NCBI GenBank assembly: GCA_023334545.1
Contig: JAADVB010000084.1
Span: 3,358 to 67,357, forward strand
Source: Salisapilia sapeloensis CBS 127946
Taxonomy: Eukaryota; Protista; Oomycota
Reading direction: 5' to 3'
Length of the DNA: 64,000 nucleotides
The notes under the pieces were generated by a model. It searched no databases. It saw only the letters and a list, made by a program, of their open reading frames with translations, and had not been told where the DNA came from. Made by a program: the position numbers and the translations under genes. Each line of letters begins with the position of its first letter. Position 1 is the first letter of the stretch. Positions 31,898 through 43,844 of the stretch are shown here, piece after piece.

Positions 31898-34620
31898 TTA
31901 CTTCATCTTAAGTCCATACAGCATCAGTGCCTTGTCGCATGCAGCATCCTGCGCCGCCGAGATCGTCCGTCCTGCGCCTCGTGCCACCATAAAGTCGTTC
32001 ACGTGAAGCGCGACGGCGTGGGCGGACTCAGACGGCTCCTTGCCTGTCTTTTTGAGCGTCTTGAGTGTGCACTTGATGGCGTTCGACCGATTCAAGTTCC
32101 ACTGCGCGACGTGATGGGCAAACACTTTCTTGGGTGTCATCCACTCCCGCTTGGCGATCGCGTCCTTGAGTAGCGGGTGGAGCGTCTTTCGTAAGATCGC
32201 GTCGACCTTGTCCAGGTCGTTCGGGTGCTCGAGATACACTGCGCCGAGCGTTGCCTCAAACGCGTCGGCCAGGACGTCCTCGACGTACAAGTTTCCTTGC
32301 TTGACATCCTTCCCGAGCCGCAAGAACGATTCGTACCCGAGATCTCTCGCCACGACCGCTAGTCTCGTGTTCTTGACCAACGCCGAGCGCACTTGCGTGA
32401 GCAAATGTTCTTGATGGTACGGAAACGCATCGACGAGGAACACAGACGACAGGAGCTGCAAGACTGCGTCACCTAGAAACTCAATACGTTCATAATTCGG
32501 ATCGGAGCTCACGTAGTCCGACTCGAGTATCTGATGGTCCTTAAACGAGTAGTGCGTTAGACACTGGACCCACAGGTGTGGTCGCTGGATGTCCACACCT
32601 GTGGCACGAGAAAACGCTTGATGCTGCCCACTTATCTCACTCGACGAGCTCGAAGCCTCCAGTCGTCCCTTATCCTTGTCCACATACGCTCTCGCTAGCT
32701 CTGTCACCTGCTCCCTCCGGAGATAGTACTTGTCTCTCGCCTCCGGATCGAATCGAGCCATGAGCTCAAGCAGCAACGTCCGACAGGCGTCGATCCCTTT
32801 GTCTTTGTAGACTGCACCCAGCAGTGCTTCGAAGCAGTCGGCAACGATCTTGGAGATCGTCCCGTCATCCAGTTTCGTCAGGTCAAAGGCAGAGAGTAAG
32901 AGCGATTCAAAGTTCGCAGCACGTGCCATGCGACCCAAGTACTCGTTATTGGCCATTTCGACACGAATGCAATGGAGCTCTTCCTCCGTCGCGGATGGAC
33001 GTAAGAGGAAGGCAGAGGACGCAATGAGGAAACTTAAGACAGCGTCACCTAGGAACTCTAGACGTTCGTACGGACAGAGGAACTTGGAATGGAACTCTTG
33101 GTGGTACCCGACCAAGTGCTGAGACGCCGCTCGACGCGTATCGGCCGTCATCGTCCCTTGAGTGTGCTCCATCGAGTCTCGAGACCTCTTCAAGTCTCGC
33201 GTGTTCTCAAACACATGACCGACGCGTACTCTCGCCAACGTCCCTTCGACCGTATTCACATTCTGCATGCCGACATCCACGTACGATCCATGGGTGAAGG
33301 CCTGTCGCAGGAGCGACGGGTCGGAAAACTCGAGGCCTAAGCTTCCCTGGAAACTCATCAAGAGTCGACAGTGCCGCATGTGCTTTAAGACCATCGGCAT
33401 GGCACTCCCGAGCTCAAACACATCCGTACGGAGACCTGTCAGGTGAGGCTCTGCTAAGCCCAGCACCTGCCTCCGGGCCGCGACGCGAGGCGAGAGCTGG
33501 AGGAACATGCCCTTCTCCCGCCACTTGCGCACCTTTTTCATGCCTTTCGATCCATCGTAGTTGTGCGCCTCTCCACCGTCATGCAAGAGACCGACGTAGA
33601 CCTGTTTATGGCGCTCGACGGACGGACCAGTCGGGAGCGAGAGCTGACGCTCTTGTGCTGTCTCCTGGGTAAGCACCTGGTCGACTCGGAAAGCTTCCAA
33701 GTGTCCATTAATCTGGGAAGACACGATGCAATCAACTAGTTTCTTCGGATCAAACTGCTCGATGTAGTGCTTGGCCGTGAACTTGGCGCTGTTCTCGAGG
33801 TGGAAGAGGATCTGGCCGATCGAGAGGACGTCGCCAGAAGCGAATCCGATGCAATTGGGTGCATGCAACTCGCCCTTCTTCCGCCTCTGCTCCGTTTGAA
33901 CCGACACGAAGCGAGGGATCAAGTGGTAGTCGCCACACTCTTCTTGTGTCTCATGGAAGAGGTGGAAGGGGACGATGCCTAGTAGTCGACGGAAGAGGTA
34001 GCGCTGTAGTAGGAACAACGCTTGACTAGGTTCTCGACCTGTCGGGTCGACTGCACTAGTAGACGTCAGACACAGTTGCTCTGGCAGCTCTTCCTCGATA
34101 AAATCCACTTGGCATCGCACGCCTCCTCTCGTATATTCGAACTAGGAGACTACTTATATGTCATATCTCTTGCTATACACAACTGCAGAGGTACCTGTGG
34201 AATGGGCGGTGTGTCCCCATGACAGAGAACGTAGAAACCATCGAATAGATAGACCTGTCCGTCTTGCACGAGCGGCGTCTTCTCCCTACATCTCGGATTG
34301 ACTGGCACAAAGGAATAAGACGATGGCTACACTACTCTTCAAGACTTATTACTCTCGTACTCCCACTGCAGTCGAAAGCACTTGGTGGCATTGCATTTCG
34401 AAGACACGTAAAGGTACTCATCTCCTTGCTCCATCGTCCGTTCAGCCGGAGTAGACGTAGCCTCCGACGTCTCGGCAGTCGCTAATGGAGCACTCTTCGC
34501 CTCCATATCAGCTCCAGATGGAAGCATGCTGCATCCAGAAAAAAAACCTCCTTCCACATCCTCTGCAGACTGTCCGGAAGGAGGTGCTGCTGCTGCGAGC
34601 GCTGACGGTCGTTCCTCCAT
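31898..34620 (-). CDS. Drosha-like class 2 RNase III (central domain, 2x RNase III, dsRBD); 3 exons
   Basis: ERLEFLGDAVL/ADCFEALLGA and ERIEFLGDAVL/ADAFEATLGA; C-terminal dsRBD; upstream exons encode GQVYLFDGF..IPQ..VDFIEEELPE and HLIPRFV as in the Drosha central domain. Intron 34142-34194; first intron boundary uncertain. Confidence 0.85.
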
Positions 34621-34777
34621 CGCCACTGAAGCTGTGGACGTGTCCTCGGTTGTTATGATTGGTAGAAAATGAACTCCTGCATCGAAGTGAACCGTCATGG
34701 TCGTGTAGGATGGAAACGAGAGACAAGGGAGAGTCAAGGGAAGGCGGTGTATTACAAGATCTGTCGACGACATCATT

Positions 34778-35264
34778 CTATTCGGCCGAGGAAGTTTCGC
34801 CGCCCGTGCGAGCAAAGTACGTGCCCTTCTTGAAACAGTTCATGCACAGACGGTGACGCAACTTCTTCTCGCCACACATCTCGCACGTCTGCAAGTGCAC
34901 AATGTTCTTCAATCGCTTCGTCGGCGCATTGTTACGGATACGTTTCCGAGACGGCGTCACCTAGTGATATTACAACATGAATATTTCCATCTACTACTTT
35001 GACTACAATCTCTAGCCGTAGACGATAGACTAGTCTTCCTATATGACGTAGATTCCTATCACAATATAAAGCTCATCTACGCACCTTGGACTTGGGGGCT
35101 GCCATCCAGATTGCCTGGTCCAGTGGCGTCGGCATGGACGTGTCAGCCCCGTGGGCGAGTGCAGGGCCGAGCACGGCCATCTGCGGGTGTTCAAACAAGT
35201 TACGCTGGCGCGTAAGCAGTGCCCGTGCCCGTTGCAACGCGCGCTCCACTAGCATCGTGACCAT
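34778..35264 (-). CDS. MRPL32: Mitochondrial ribosomal protein bL32m (2 exons)
   Basis: MAAPKSK|VTPSRKRIR..CEMCGEKKLRHRLCMNC zinc ribbon with a presequence upstream. Confidence 0.85.
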
Positions 35265-35321
35265 CTTTCGACTTGTTTTTCTTGGCTGGTGGCGCGTGGC
35301 ATTATATAGAAACTTCGAAGG

Positions 35322-36350
35322 ATGGACTGCCAGGAGCTCCGGCGGTGCATCCGGTCGGACCATGACGAGTGGATCAACGAAAGCAGGACTGTACCGAGGA
35401 TTACACTCACGTATGCGCAGAGTATAGATGGGTCTATTGCCGAGAAACGAGGTTTGTATGTCAGAGAAGAAGACATGAAAGACGGTGCTCATGGGTGTCT
35501 AGGCAAGCCGACGAGGCTGAGTGGAGATGCGTCGATGGAGATGACGCATCTGTTGCGTACCTTGCATGCCGGCATCCTTGTTGGTGTCGGGACTGTAGCC
35601 GCTGACAACCCGTCTCTCACAGCGCGCCTCGTGCCTGGTAACCTTATAACATGATAGGAGCTGTACTTGACTTGTACCAAGTGTCCATGTATCCTTCTCA
35701 GGTCCGAATCCGACACCCATTGTCCTCGATACAACACTACGATGCCCTCTCGATAGTAAACTCTTGACAAGCGACCAGTGCATTCGACCGATCATACTGT
35801 GCTCGGACGAAACGCTATCGTCATCAGGTACATTCATGGTCCTTTCGTCTCCGTTAGACTTGGTTGATATATGGAGCAATAGATGGAATCGCAAGGAAAG
35901 AAGCACTAACAAGTCGAGGCGCCAAAGTGATCAGCTGCCATTCTACAATGACAGAAGACCATCACGCCCGTCTTAATCTTCGTGATGCCTTCCGTACGCC
36001 ATGAAGAGTCGTAGAACACATGTGTGGATACATATCTTAGGTGTCATCTGTAGAGAAACTCTATGCAGCAGACATCCAGAGCGTCATGGTCGAAGGAGGA
36101 GCAAGTATCTTGGCAGCTTGCCTCCAAGAAAGCGCTACCTCGCACTTGGTCGACCGAGTGATCGTCACCATCGCGCCTGTATTCGTACGTTACTTTCTTA
36201 CGAAATACATCCAAAACCAAACCATGACGCCTACAGATCGGCGGCTTGCGTGCGGCTGACTCTGTGATGACGCCGACATTCCCTCGCCTCCAACACGTCA
36301 CGACGTGGCAGGTGGAGCAAGACGTGGTCATCTCGGGCAAGTTACCGTAG
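35322..36350 (+). CDS. RIB7: RibD C-terminal/Rib7-type pyrimidine reductase (riboflavin synthesis), multi-exon
   Basis: PRITLTYAQSIDGSIA, THLLRTLHAGILVGVGTVAADNPSLTAR, VMVEGGASIL, VDRVIVTIAP. Confidence 0.8.
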
Positions 36351-36415
36351 AAAGAGGTGGCATTATATAAAACCAAACACGAACAAAGAACAAAGAAAAG
36401 AATTTTCTCATTGAC

Positions 36416-36904
36416 ATGCGAAGAGCGATCTGCAAGTACTTGTCTCCGAAACAGTCCTTCCAACGCCCACTCTCCTCTCGCTACTTGTCCAACATGTCTG
36501 ACAACGACGTCTCCAACCTCTCCAATAATGAGTGGAAGCAAAAGCTGACGCCCATGCAGTTCGAAGTGCTGCGGCTCAAGGGCACGGAACGCCCGGGAAC
36601 AGGCGAGTACGACAAGCACTTTGAAGAAGGCACCTACGTCTGCGCTGGGTGCAAGACGCCAGTGTACACGTCCAACACTAAGTTCAACTCTGGCTGTGGC
36701 TGGCCAGCATTCTACGACGCTATTCCAGGCGCCATCAATGCCACCACAGACGCTGACGGACGCCGGACTGAGATCACTTGCGCCAAGTGCGGAGGTCACA
36801 TGGGTCACGTCTTCAAGGGCGAAGGTTTCCAGACGCCGACGGACGAACGTCACTGTGTAAACAGCGTCTCGCTCGTCTTCCACGCCGGCGAAGGCAGCAA
36901 ATAA
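36416..36904 (+). CDS. msrB: Peptide methionine-R-sulfoxide reductase MsrB (Cys type, Zn-binding)
   Basis: GTERPGTGEY, CAGC and CAKC zinc ligands, SGCGWPAF, GHMGHVF, RHCVNSVSL. Confidence 0.95.
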   Translation: MRRAICKYLSPKQSFQRPLSSRYLSNMSDNDVSNLSNNEWKQKLTPMQFEVLRLKGTERPGTGEYDKHFEEGTYVCAGCKTPVYTSNTKFNSGCGWPAFYDAIPGAINATTDADGRRTEITCAKCGGHMGHVFKGEGFQTPTDERHCVNSVSLVFHAGEGSK

Positions 36905-36930
36905 AATGACAAATTCTTTCTTTCTCTTTC

Positions 36931-37975
36931 TTACAGCACCTCGGTCTCCTCTTCCGAGCTACTCACGTCATCTTTCAATCCATACATCTCCTCCCCTATG
37001 CCTTTAGAGATGTGAGAGTCATCTGCTAGAGGTAGGAACCACCGCCGCTTGTCCTCACCAAAGACTGCCGTCAGGTTCCTCCGCCAGCCACGGTTGAAAG
37101 GACTGCGCGTGCCATAGCTATGGAACTCGATGGTCGTGGTGCCGAAAAAGATTAGGAAAGAGTGGACACAAAGAAAGAGAAAGAGACTGAGGACAAGGGC
37201 GCCTGCGAACATGACTTGGAGGAAGACGACGAGAGACCTCGGCGCTCGAAAGTCGTTCGTCAGTGCAATGTGGTAGAACCTCTGACCTTGTGCCATGCAG
37301 ATCATGACTAGAGCTAGGAAAGCGTAGGAAATGAATTGGAAGAAGAACCGATAGTTCCTCTGGCCAATGCAGTTCGCGACCCACGGGCAGTGGTGGTCTG
37401 TCTTTATACGTCAGTCTAGTAGCCTTGGAGATACAAACAAGAGTCCAAGTACCCATACGAAGGACGCAGCGGTTGCAAAAGCTACAGTGGTGAGCTCGAA
37501 GAGGTTTATGCACTCGACATCGGTGGCAGTATCTACGCGTGGGAGCTCTATTGGGGCTCGGCGCTCCGGATTCCAGGGCGTTCTGAGCGTTTGTCTCCAT
37601 GTCGTGAACGATGTCCTCTGTCACGTATCCAGGATCTGTGCATGAAACGACACATGAGAACGGAGCTCATCGTATATGAAGACAAGAGAGACCTGTGAAG
37701 ACGACACGATAGTACGCCACGAGCAGCAGACAGACAAAGGTATGGAAAGCGATTGCTTCAGTAATACGGATATACAAGGCATTCCAGGACGCTGTCGGCT
37801 TGGCCAAGTGCTCCAGGACGTACACGAGATACTCGAATGCGATGAGCCCGAGCACCAAGACCACCGCCAAGGATGATACACTCCTCAGAGCAAAGCTAGT
37901 ACATTCTCAGGCTTAATACAGACGAATATAGAGATCGTACAAAGGTACATGAGACCTCTTGTGCAGGCGAAGCAT
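36931..37975 (-). CDS. DHHC palmitoyltransferase (multi-exon; start uncertain)
   Basis: [27 protein letters not shown]|[16 protein letters not shown] motif, PFNRGWRRN. Confidence 0.9.
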
Positions 37976-38103
37976 CCTCTAGGACGTCGATCTCTCCTCC
38001 CATTGGCTTCATTTGTGCTATTTCCAACGTTTTAGCTGATGCACTTCATTCCACCAATCAACATCTCTGGATGTATATAAAACCTTTGTTTTAATCACTT
38101 TTT

Positions 38104-40362
38104 ATGAATATGGAGGTGACGAAGAGTAGGAGCAGTACGCGGACGACCGACGTGGATGTGAACGCGATCGACTTTGACGAGCTAGATGACTACCTCGAAC
38201 GCTTTCAAGAAGATGACGAAATTAAGCAAGCTCTAGATCAAGGCGTCGATTTACGTGCCTATGCTCGGAATATTGACTCGGAGCTTCGAGAGGCTGAAGC
38301 TGACGCCGTGACACAGTATGTGAAGCACTCGAGCGACATTGTGTCCCTCCATGATGAAGTCCAGAGCTGTGACAACCTCTTGGCTAAGATGCAGGAGCTT
38401 TTGCTAGGTTTTCAGGCCGATTTAGGCGGAATTAGCGACGAGATCCGACAGCTCCAGGACGAATCCGTCAGCATGAACGTCCGTCTGCACAATCGTCGAG
38501 ACGCAGAGGCCAAGCTAGACCACTTTCTAACGGAAGTGGCTCTCCCTCCATCTCTTGTGCAGACAATCGACCAAGGAGAGTTGGACGAAACCTTCCTCCA
38601 TGCACTCGTGACGCTTAATGGGAAGCTCCAGTACGCTGCTCTCCGAGAGCCTGATCCGAAAGGCTCGTCTCTAGATATAGTTCCTAGTAAAACAAGAGCT
38701 CTCATAGACGTTCGGTCGAATCTCGATAACCTGTGTGCCAAGGCCGTGAACAAGAGCAAGGGCTTTCTACTCACGAAAATCAGTGAGCTCACGCGCCCCA
38801 AGACCAACGTACAGATGCTCCAGCAGCATGTCCTGCTGCCAGTGCAGTACATGGTGCAGTTTCTATCCGAGCACGCGCCCAAGACGGAGCAGGAAGTCCG
38901 TGAGTTCTACGCCGAAAGCATGAGCAAGACGCTCCTGAATGTCTTCAAAGCCTATCACGCTGGTCTTTTGCGGCATCAGGAAGACGTTGCGACAAAGAAC
39001 GATCTCTTGGTAGTCGACGCACAGACGCTGCAGTCGGGTGCGACTACTTCGACCAGTCTCTTCTTTGGCACGAATAGATCGAGGTCGCCTCGAGCCACTA
39101 GCAACGGCAGTCCTGTCAACAGTCAGAGCGGTAGTAGATCTCGTCGCAGTAACCCGTTCGATTCCTCCGGTCGAGACGACATTCTAGACGACCCTGCGTC
39201 TCCACCTGTGATCCTTCACGTCGCGCAGCAAGAGGACCTTCGTCTTCCGTACGAACAGATCTTTCGACACGTCCAGCAGCACTTGCTCAACTCTGCAACA
39301 TCCGAGTACCTATTCCTCTCCGACTTCTTCCGTCCCTCCAATGCTGCATCTATCCATGGAGCATCCGACCGGACCCATGACCTCTTCCTCCGCATCTTTG
39401 CTAAAACTCTTTCGTTGTGTCTCGAGAATTTAGAAAACTACTTGTTCAATTGCCATGACGCCGTGGCTCTGCTGCTCATGGCACGCATCACGAGAGCCCA
39501 GCGTCTCGTCATGGAAAAGAGACGACTGGCGTGTCTCGACTCGTACTTTGATCGCGTCGCACTTCTCATCTGGCCTCGCTACAAACTCGTCCTGGACGCT
39601 CACCTCAAGAGCATCAAGTCGGCGAACGTGAAGAAACTTGGTCAAATCGACCTCCACCCGCACTATGTCTCTCGTCGCTACGCCACCTTTGTATCTTCGG
39701 TCTTGCATATCACCAGTACAAGTAGACGTGCTAGTGTAGATGAAGACGAGTCGTTGGAAGATGCGTGGCAAGAGGACGGCTCGCACGATATGATTGTGAA
39801 TAACTTGCGTCAGCTACGCGAAGCCATGATGACGCTGCTGATCAAGATGGCCGATCACCAGTACAGACGCAATGCTCGTGAGCGCAGTGTCTTCCTCATC
39901 AACAACTACGACTTTATTCTAACATCGTTGCGGCCGTCGAACGTCTCGTCAGACGACCAGTCTGCGTTTGAAGATTTGTTGGGGATGGAACGAGAGCGGT
40001 TCGTGGAAGAAGAGCTGCAAGTGTGGTTCAGTAAGCTCATCCATTTTGTCCATCAGTGGGAGAGTGCTGGTGCGGACACTAGCAATATGCAAGCACGAGA
40101 GGTGGAGGTCATCATGCGAGAGTTCGATCAGACTTGGAAGAGTGCGATCAGCAAGATGAATGATGACTCTATGAACTATTTTTCCAACCTCCGCAACGGC
40201 ACAGAGGTGCTTAAGCAAGTGCTGACACAGCTGCTGCTATACTATACGCGCTTCATGGAGTTGACCAAGAGCGGTCCATCGGACCTATCGGCGTTTGAAG
40301 ACGCAGTGGTAACGACCCAAGAGATGCTTCAGGAGATTAAAAAATATAACAGATCGATTTGA
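38104..40362 (+). CDS. VPS52: GARP/EARP subunit Vps52
   Basis: GVDLRAYARNIDSELREAE, LHDEVQSCDNLLAKMQELLLGFQADLGGISDEI, HPHYVSRRYA, VFLINNYD, LTQLLLYYTRF. Confidence 0.92.
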   Translation: MNMEVTKSRSSTRTTDVDVNAIDFDELDDYLERFQEDDEIKQALDQGVDLRAYARNIDSELREAEADAVTQYVKHSSDIVSLHDEVQSCDNLLAKMQELLLGFQADLGGISDEIRQLQDESVSMNVRLHNRRDAEAKLDHFLTEVALPPSLVQTIDQGELDETFLHALVTLNGKLQYAALREPDPKGSSLDIVPSKTRALIDVRSNLDNLCAKAVNKSKGFLLTKISELTRPKTNVQMLQQHVLLPVQYMVQFLSEHAPKTEQEVREFYAESMSKTLLNVFKAYHAGLLRHQEDVATKNDLLVVDAQTLQSGATTSTSLFFGTNRSRSPRATSNGSPVNSQSGSRSRRSNPFDSSGRDDILDDPASPPVILHVAQQEDLRLPYEQIFRHVQQHLLNSATSEYLFLSDFFRPSNAASIHGASDRTHDLFLRIFAKTLSLCLENLENYLFNCHDAVALLLMARITRAQRLVMEKRRLACLDSYFDRVALLIWPRYKLVLDAHLKSIKSANVKKLGQIDLHPHYVSRRYATFVSSVLHITSTSRRASVDEDESLEDAWQEDGSHDMIVNNLRQLREAMMTLLIKMADHQYRRNARERSVFLINNYDFILTSLRPSNVSSDDQSAFEDLLGMERERFVEEELQVWFSKLIHFVHQWESAGADTSNMQAREVEVIMREFDQTWKSAISKMNDDSMNYFSNLRNGTEVLKQVLTQLLLYYTRFMELTKSGPSDLSAFEDAVVTTQEMLQEIKKYNRSI

Positions 40363-40390
40363 ATTGTTAAGCTAAGAACACTCGTTTGTA

Positions 40391-43300
40391 CTAAAGACGC
40401 TGTTTTTTTATCGGAGGTTCGCTCGAGGGATATAGTCTAGCTGACAGCGCCGGGAACGAAGTATCGCCTGTGGATGGGTCGGACACTAGCTTTTGTAACG
40501 TGGAAGCGATGGCGTCGTCCTCCAGCAGAGGCAGCGAGCTGGCCTCCCCACTGACATCGACCTTTGCCTGCAGCCGATCAAGCTTGTGCAGGATCTCGTC
40601 TACCTCCCTCTTGGCATCGTCTGCCGTTTCGAGTATCACCAGGACATACTTTTTGACCACGTCCGTAGAGCTCGCTGTCCACTGGCCCAAGACAGCAAGA
40701 GGAAAGTCGCCAAACCTGTCTAGAGACAGGTTGAAGATCGTCTGGAGGACACTCGCATCCGGAGCCACCCGCACGAGTCCTCTCAAGAGTCCATTCATTG
40801 CCTCCGGGTGGTCCTCTGGCTTGTGACTAGACAAGAGTTTCCTAGCTGCTGACATGAACCGCTTGTTGGCCGTCGTAGCATCCGCACTGGCGATCTCGGC
40901 ATCCACGAGGTCCCAGACGCCAAACTGCTCCCAGGACGTCCAGCTAAGAGACGTCTGGAGCGTCTGAGCCAGTTTGTCTCCAAAGACCTCAAACTCTCGT
41001 AGCATCAGGCGTCTGCACAAGCCTGTGAGCGTGGCTGGGGACCCGAGAGTGACCATGAGCCGCACCACTTCATCTCGTCGAGACGAGAGTTTTGTCAGAG
41101 CACTCGAGTGGAGGTTCTGTAGCAGCCACGGAGCAACATACAGGACGGCAGCATCTGTGGCGTCGACTACGTTGCTCGTCTCCGAGGCTTCGACGCTTGG
41201 TTTGTCTAGAAACGCACAGGAGAGAGCTCTCGCGTCGTCCATTTGCTGAGTGACAGCCAGGTCCTTGACGAGCGCCGAGTCTAAGCTACTTCCGAGAGCC
41301 TCGACGAACGTCGTGTATGGAGCCAATGCATTCTCAAAAGTCTTTGTCTTGGCTGTAGCGCAGCAATAGGCCAGTAATCGGAAGCTGGTCGTAGCGTCAT
41401 GCGCGTGCATGGCGAGTAAGAGAGGGACGTATGTGTTGGGAGACTCTCCTACCACGTGCTCCAGCATCGAGGAAAAGAGTCCTGGGCAAGAGTCCGTTGG
41501 AGAAGCGTTCATGTCGATCTTGGCGGACACCACGACATTCTCTAGAGAGGCCATGAGGAAGGTCCCGAGGTCTGTCGCTAGCTCACCTGCGTTGTCCATC
41601 CGACTCCACGAGATCAAGAGGTCGTTCAGACACTCGACAAAGGACTCCGACGGGTGGGACGTTGGATCCGGAAGTTGCTCCTGGAATTTCTTCAAATCGT
41701 CTCCTCCGAGTGCTAGTAGACTTCCTGGTATCTCTGGCAGCTGAGACGCTTCCGAGAGAGCAGTGTCCGTGATCCGTCCTTCGAGGTTCGTATCAGTGAC
41801 ACCCGTCTGCTGAGCTTCTTGGTTCGTGGGCAGGAAGGAGGAAGAGCTGAGGGCATTGGAGTCCGTAGACGTTCCAACGGACGCAGCACTGGAGTCGGAG
41901 TGCGTCGGACTCTGCGCTCGGACAGGAGACGAGAGGGGGCTGCCTGCGCCCAGAGGACTGCTCGTGACTGGACTGCCTTCCGCGACGGGAGACGAAGGGT
42001 CAACGGACGGAGGGTGGGGGGAAGACGACGCAGAGACGTTCTTCTGGATGGCGTCTGGGTGGGGAAAGTGTTCCGGGAAGATGCGATGGAGGTCGCTCTT
42101 GAGGTTGGGCGCAGACGTCTCGAGCGCCGGGAAGCACTGGAGAGACTGGACGGACTGGACGACGCCGAGCTTGAGCGTCTGGGAGAAGACGCTCGAGACG
42201 CCCTTTTGCATGATCTGCTTATTCGTAGGCGACGCAGCGAACTTTTCGACGGCAAAGACGAGGAACTGGACCATGGCCAGCGTCATCGTCGGGTGGCTCT
42301 TGACGCTCTTAACCATGAGCAGCATGGCTGGCTCGACGTTCATGATGCTGTCCGAAGGCTTAAAGTACAAAAAGTCAAAGAACATGGACAACTGGACTCG
42401 AGCCAGGACGTTGGGGCTCTTGCAGTGGAGGTAGAGCCACCCGAGCATGTGGTATCGAGGCGTCACTTTACTACTTAGGATCTGGTTCGACGGGTGATAG
42501 ACGGCGCAGATGTATCGCACGAGGTCTGGCACGAGAGCATCCGACCCTGGGCTCGTTAGGAAGTGAGAGGAAAACCACTTTTGATACCGAGTGACGTGGC
42601 TCAGCTGCACTCGCTCCATCATGAACACCAGGTGCTCTTCCATCTTGGGCGTCAGACGATAAGCCAGGTACTTGGGAGGCGTCACGATCGCCATGAGCTG
42701 CGCCACGGAATAGAACGGTGAGTCGGCATCGGCCTCGGCGTCCTTGACGTTCCGCAGTTGCTTCCACAGGACGTTCATGCCTTGCACGTCCTTGGCGTCG
42801 TTCATGATGCGCACGGCCTCTCGGCCGAGCTGCGCCACCTCTCGCTGTCGGCGGTTCCACATGACAGAGCACAGATCCGTCTCCTGCTTGAGGAGGGACG
42901 CGTGCTGCTGGCCAGTGTGGTCCGGAGCGATGCGAGCGAGAGCGTGGAAGGCGAAGGGGATAAAGTTGGAGCTAGCTAACAGCCAGCTCTCGTGCTCCGA
43001 CAAGATGCGGACGATGGAGGACGCTAGCCAGACGGAGGAGCGAGTGGCATCTCCAGGCGTCAAGTGCCGCAGGAGACTCATGAGTGCCTTGTCTATATTC
43101 GGCGCGTTGGCATGCACGAGCTCTCTTACGAGCCACAGGAGCTGGCTGCGGCAGGTGGTCTGGAGCTTGGAAAACTTTTGATCAATGAGTTTCTGGAGAT
43201 AGCCCATGCTCAGCTTGTACCCATCCATAGATGCCACGGACGTCAGGTACTTTAGGTGTCGCTTGGAAGAAGAAGCGTCCGTCAGGAGAGCATAGAGAAG

Positions 43301-43666
43301 AGCAGACTCTGGCTGGAAGGTCTGTGCGTCTGGAGGAGACTGGTGCTGCGTCTGAAGCATCTGAATAGCCGTCTGCTCGTCCTTTTCGTGTACAGACTTG
43401 AGCATATTCTGGTAGTGGAAGCTCCATTTTCTATCGAGCTCATCTGGAGCGTCCAGAGGCTGATGCAAGATGAGCTTGGACGCAGGTGTCGATTCTGCGT
43501 CCTGCTCCTTCGTCTCGTTCTCCTGATGCGGAGAGACTGCTCTTGCGGTGGAGGGTATAGAAGCTGGAGGCGGACTGGACGTCGGAGGTGGCGGAGGTGG
43601 CGTCGGAGGAGGTGGAGGAGGCGCCTCTCCTCCGTCGTCCTTGACCGGCGGCGACGGAGAGCTCAT
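40391..43666 (-). CDS. INTS3: Integrator complex subunit 3 (INTS3/SOSS-A)
   Basis: RYQKWFSSHFL, DLVRYICAVYHPSNQILSSKVTPRYHMLGWL, DSIMNVEPAMLLM. Confidence 0.85.
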   Translation of the reverse strand: MSSPSPPVKDDGGEAPPPPPPTPPPPPPTSSPPPASIPSTARAVSPHQENETKEQDAESTPASKLILHQPLDAPDELDRKWSFHYQNMLKSVHEKDEQTAIQMLQTQHQSPPDAQTFQPESALLYALLTDASSSKRHLKYLTSVASMDGYKLSMGYLQKLIDQKFSKLQTTCRSQLLWLVRELVHANAPNIDKALMSLLRHLTPGDATRSSVWLASSIVRILSEHESWLLASSNFIPFAFHALARIAPDHTGQQHASLLKQETDLCSVMWNRRQREVAQLGREAVRIMNDAKDVQGMNVLWKQLRNVKDAEADADSPFYSVAQLMAIVTPPKYLAYRLTPKMEEHLVFMMERVQLSHVTRYQKWFSSHFLTSPGSDALVPDLVRYICAVYHPSNQILSSKVTPRYHMLGWLYLHCKSPNVLARVQLSMFFDFLYFKPSDSIMNVEPAMLLMVKSVKSHPTMTLAMVQFLVFAVEKFAASPTNKQIMQKGVSSVFSQTLKLGVVQSVQSLQCFPALETSAPNLKSDLHRIFPEHFPHPDAIQKNVSASSSPHPPSVDPSSPVAEGSPVTSSPLGAGSPLSSPVRAQSPTHSDSSAASVGTSTDSNALSSSSFLPTNQEAQQTGVTDTNLEGRITDTALSEASQLPEIPGSLLALGGDDLKKFQEQLPDPTSHPSESFVECLNDLLISWSRMDNAGELATDLGTFLMASLENVVVSAKIDMNASPTDSCPGLFSSMLEHVVGESPNTYVPLLLAMHAHDATTSFRLLAYCCATAKTKTFENALAPYTTFVEALGSSLDSALVKDLAVTQQMDDARALSCAFLDKPSVEASETSNVVDATDAAVLYVAPWLLQNLHSSALTKLSSRRDEVVRLMVTLGSPATLTGLCRRLMLREFEVFGDKLAQTLQTSLSWTSWEQFGVWDLVDAEIASADATTANKRFMSAARKLLSSHKPEDHPEAMNGLLRGLVRVAPDASVLQTIFNLSLDRFGDFPLAVLGQWTASSTDVVKKYVLVILETADDAKREVDEILHKLDRLQAKVDVSGEASSLPLLEDDAIASTLQKLVSDPSTGDTSFPALSARLYPSSEPPIKKQRL

Positions 43667-43844
43667 TTCAAAACTTGTCTTGTCCTCCTTGGTCTGGCAT
43701 AGCTATGCGGACATTTCTGTATGCTTACATCTATGATTTGTCCATGGTATTTGGATTTTACGGAAAGAAAAGAATAAAGAAAAGGAAGAAGGCAAGATGG
43801 AAGTAGAGGAAAATCCAAGTGTGTTATCAGCTAGTAGGTGACGT

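Noticed and set aside
36416-36904. MsrB as a selenoprotein
   Set aside because: The catalytic position is a Cys codon (RHCVNS); no in-frame TGA.
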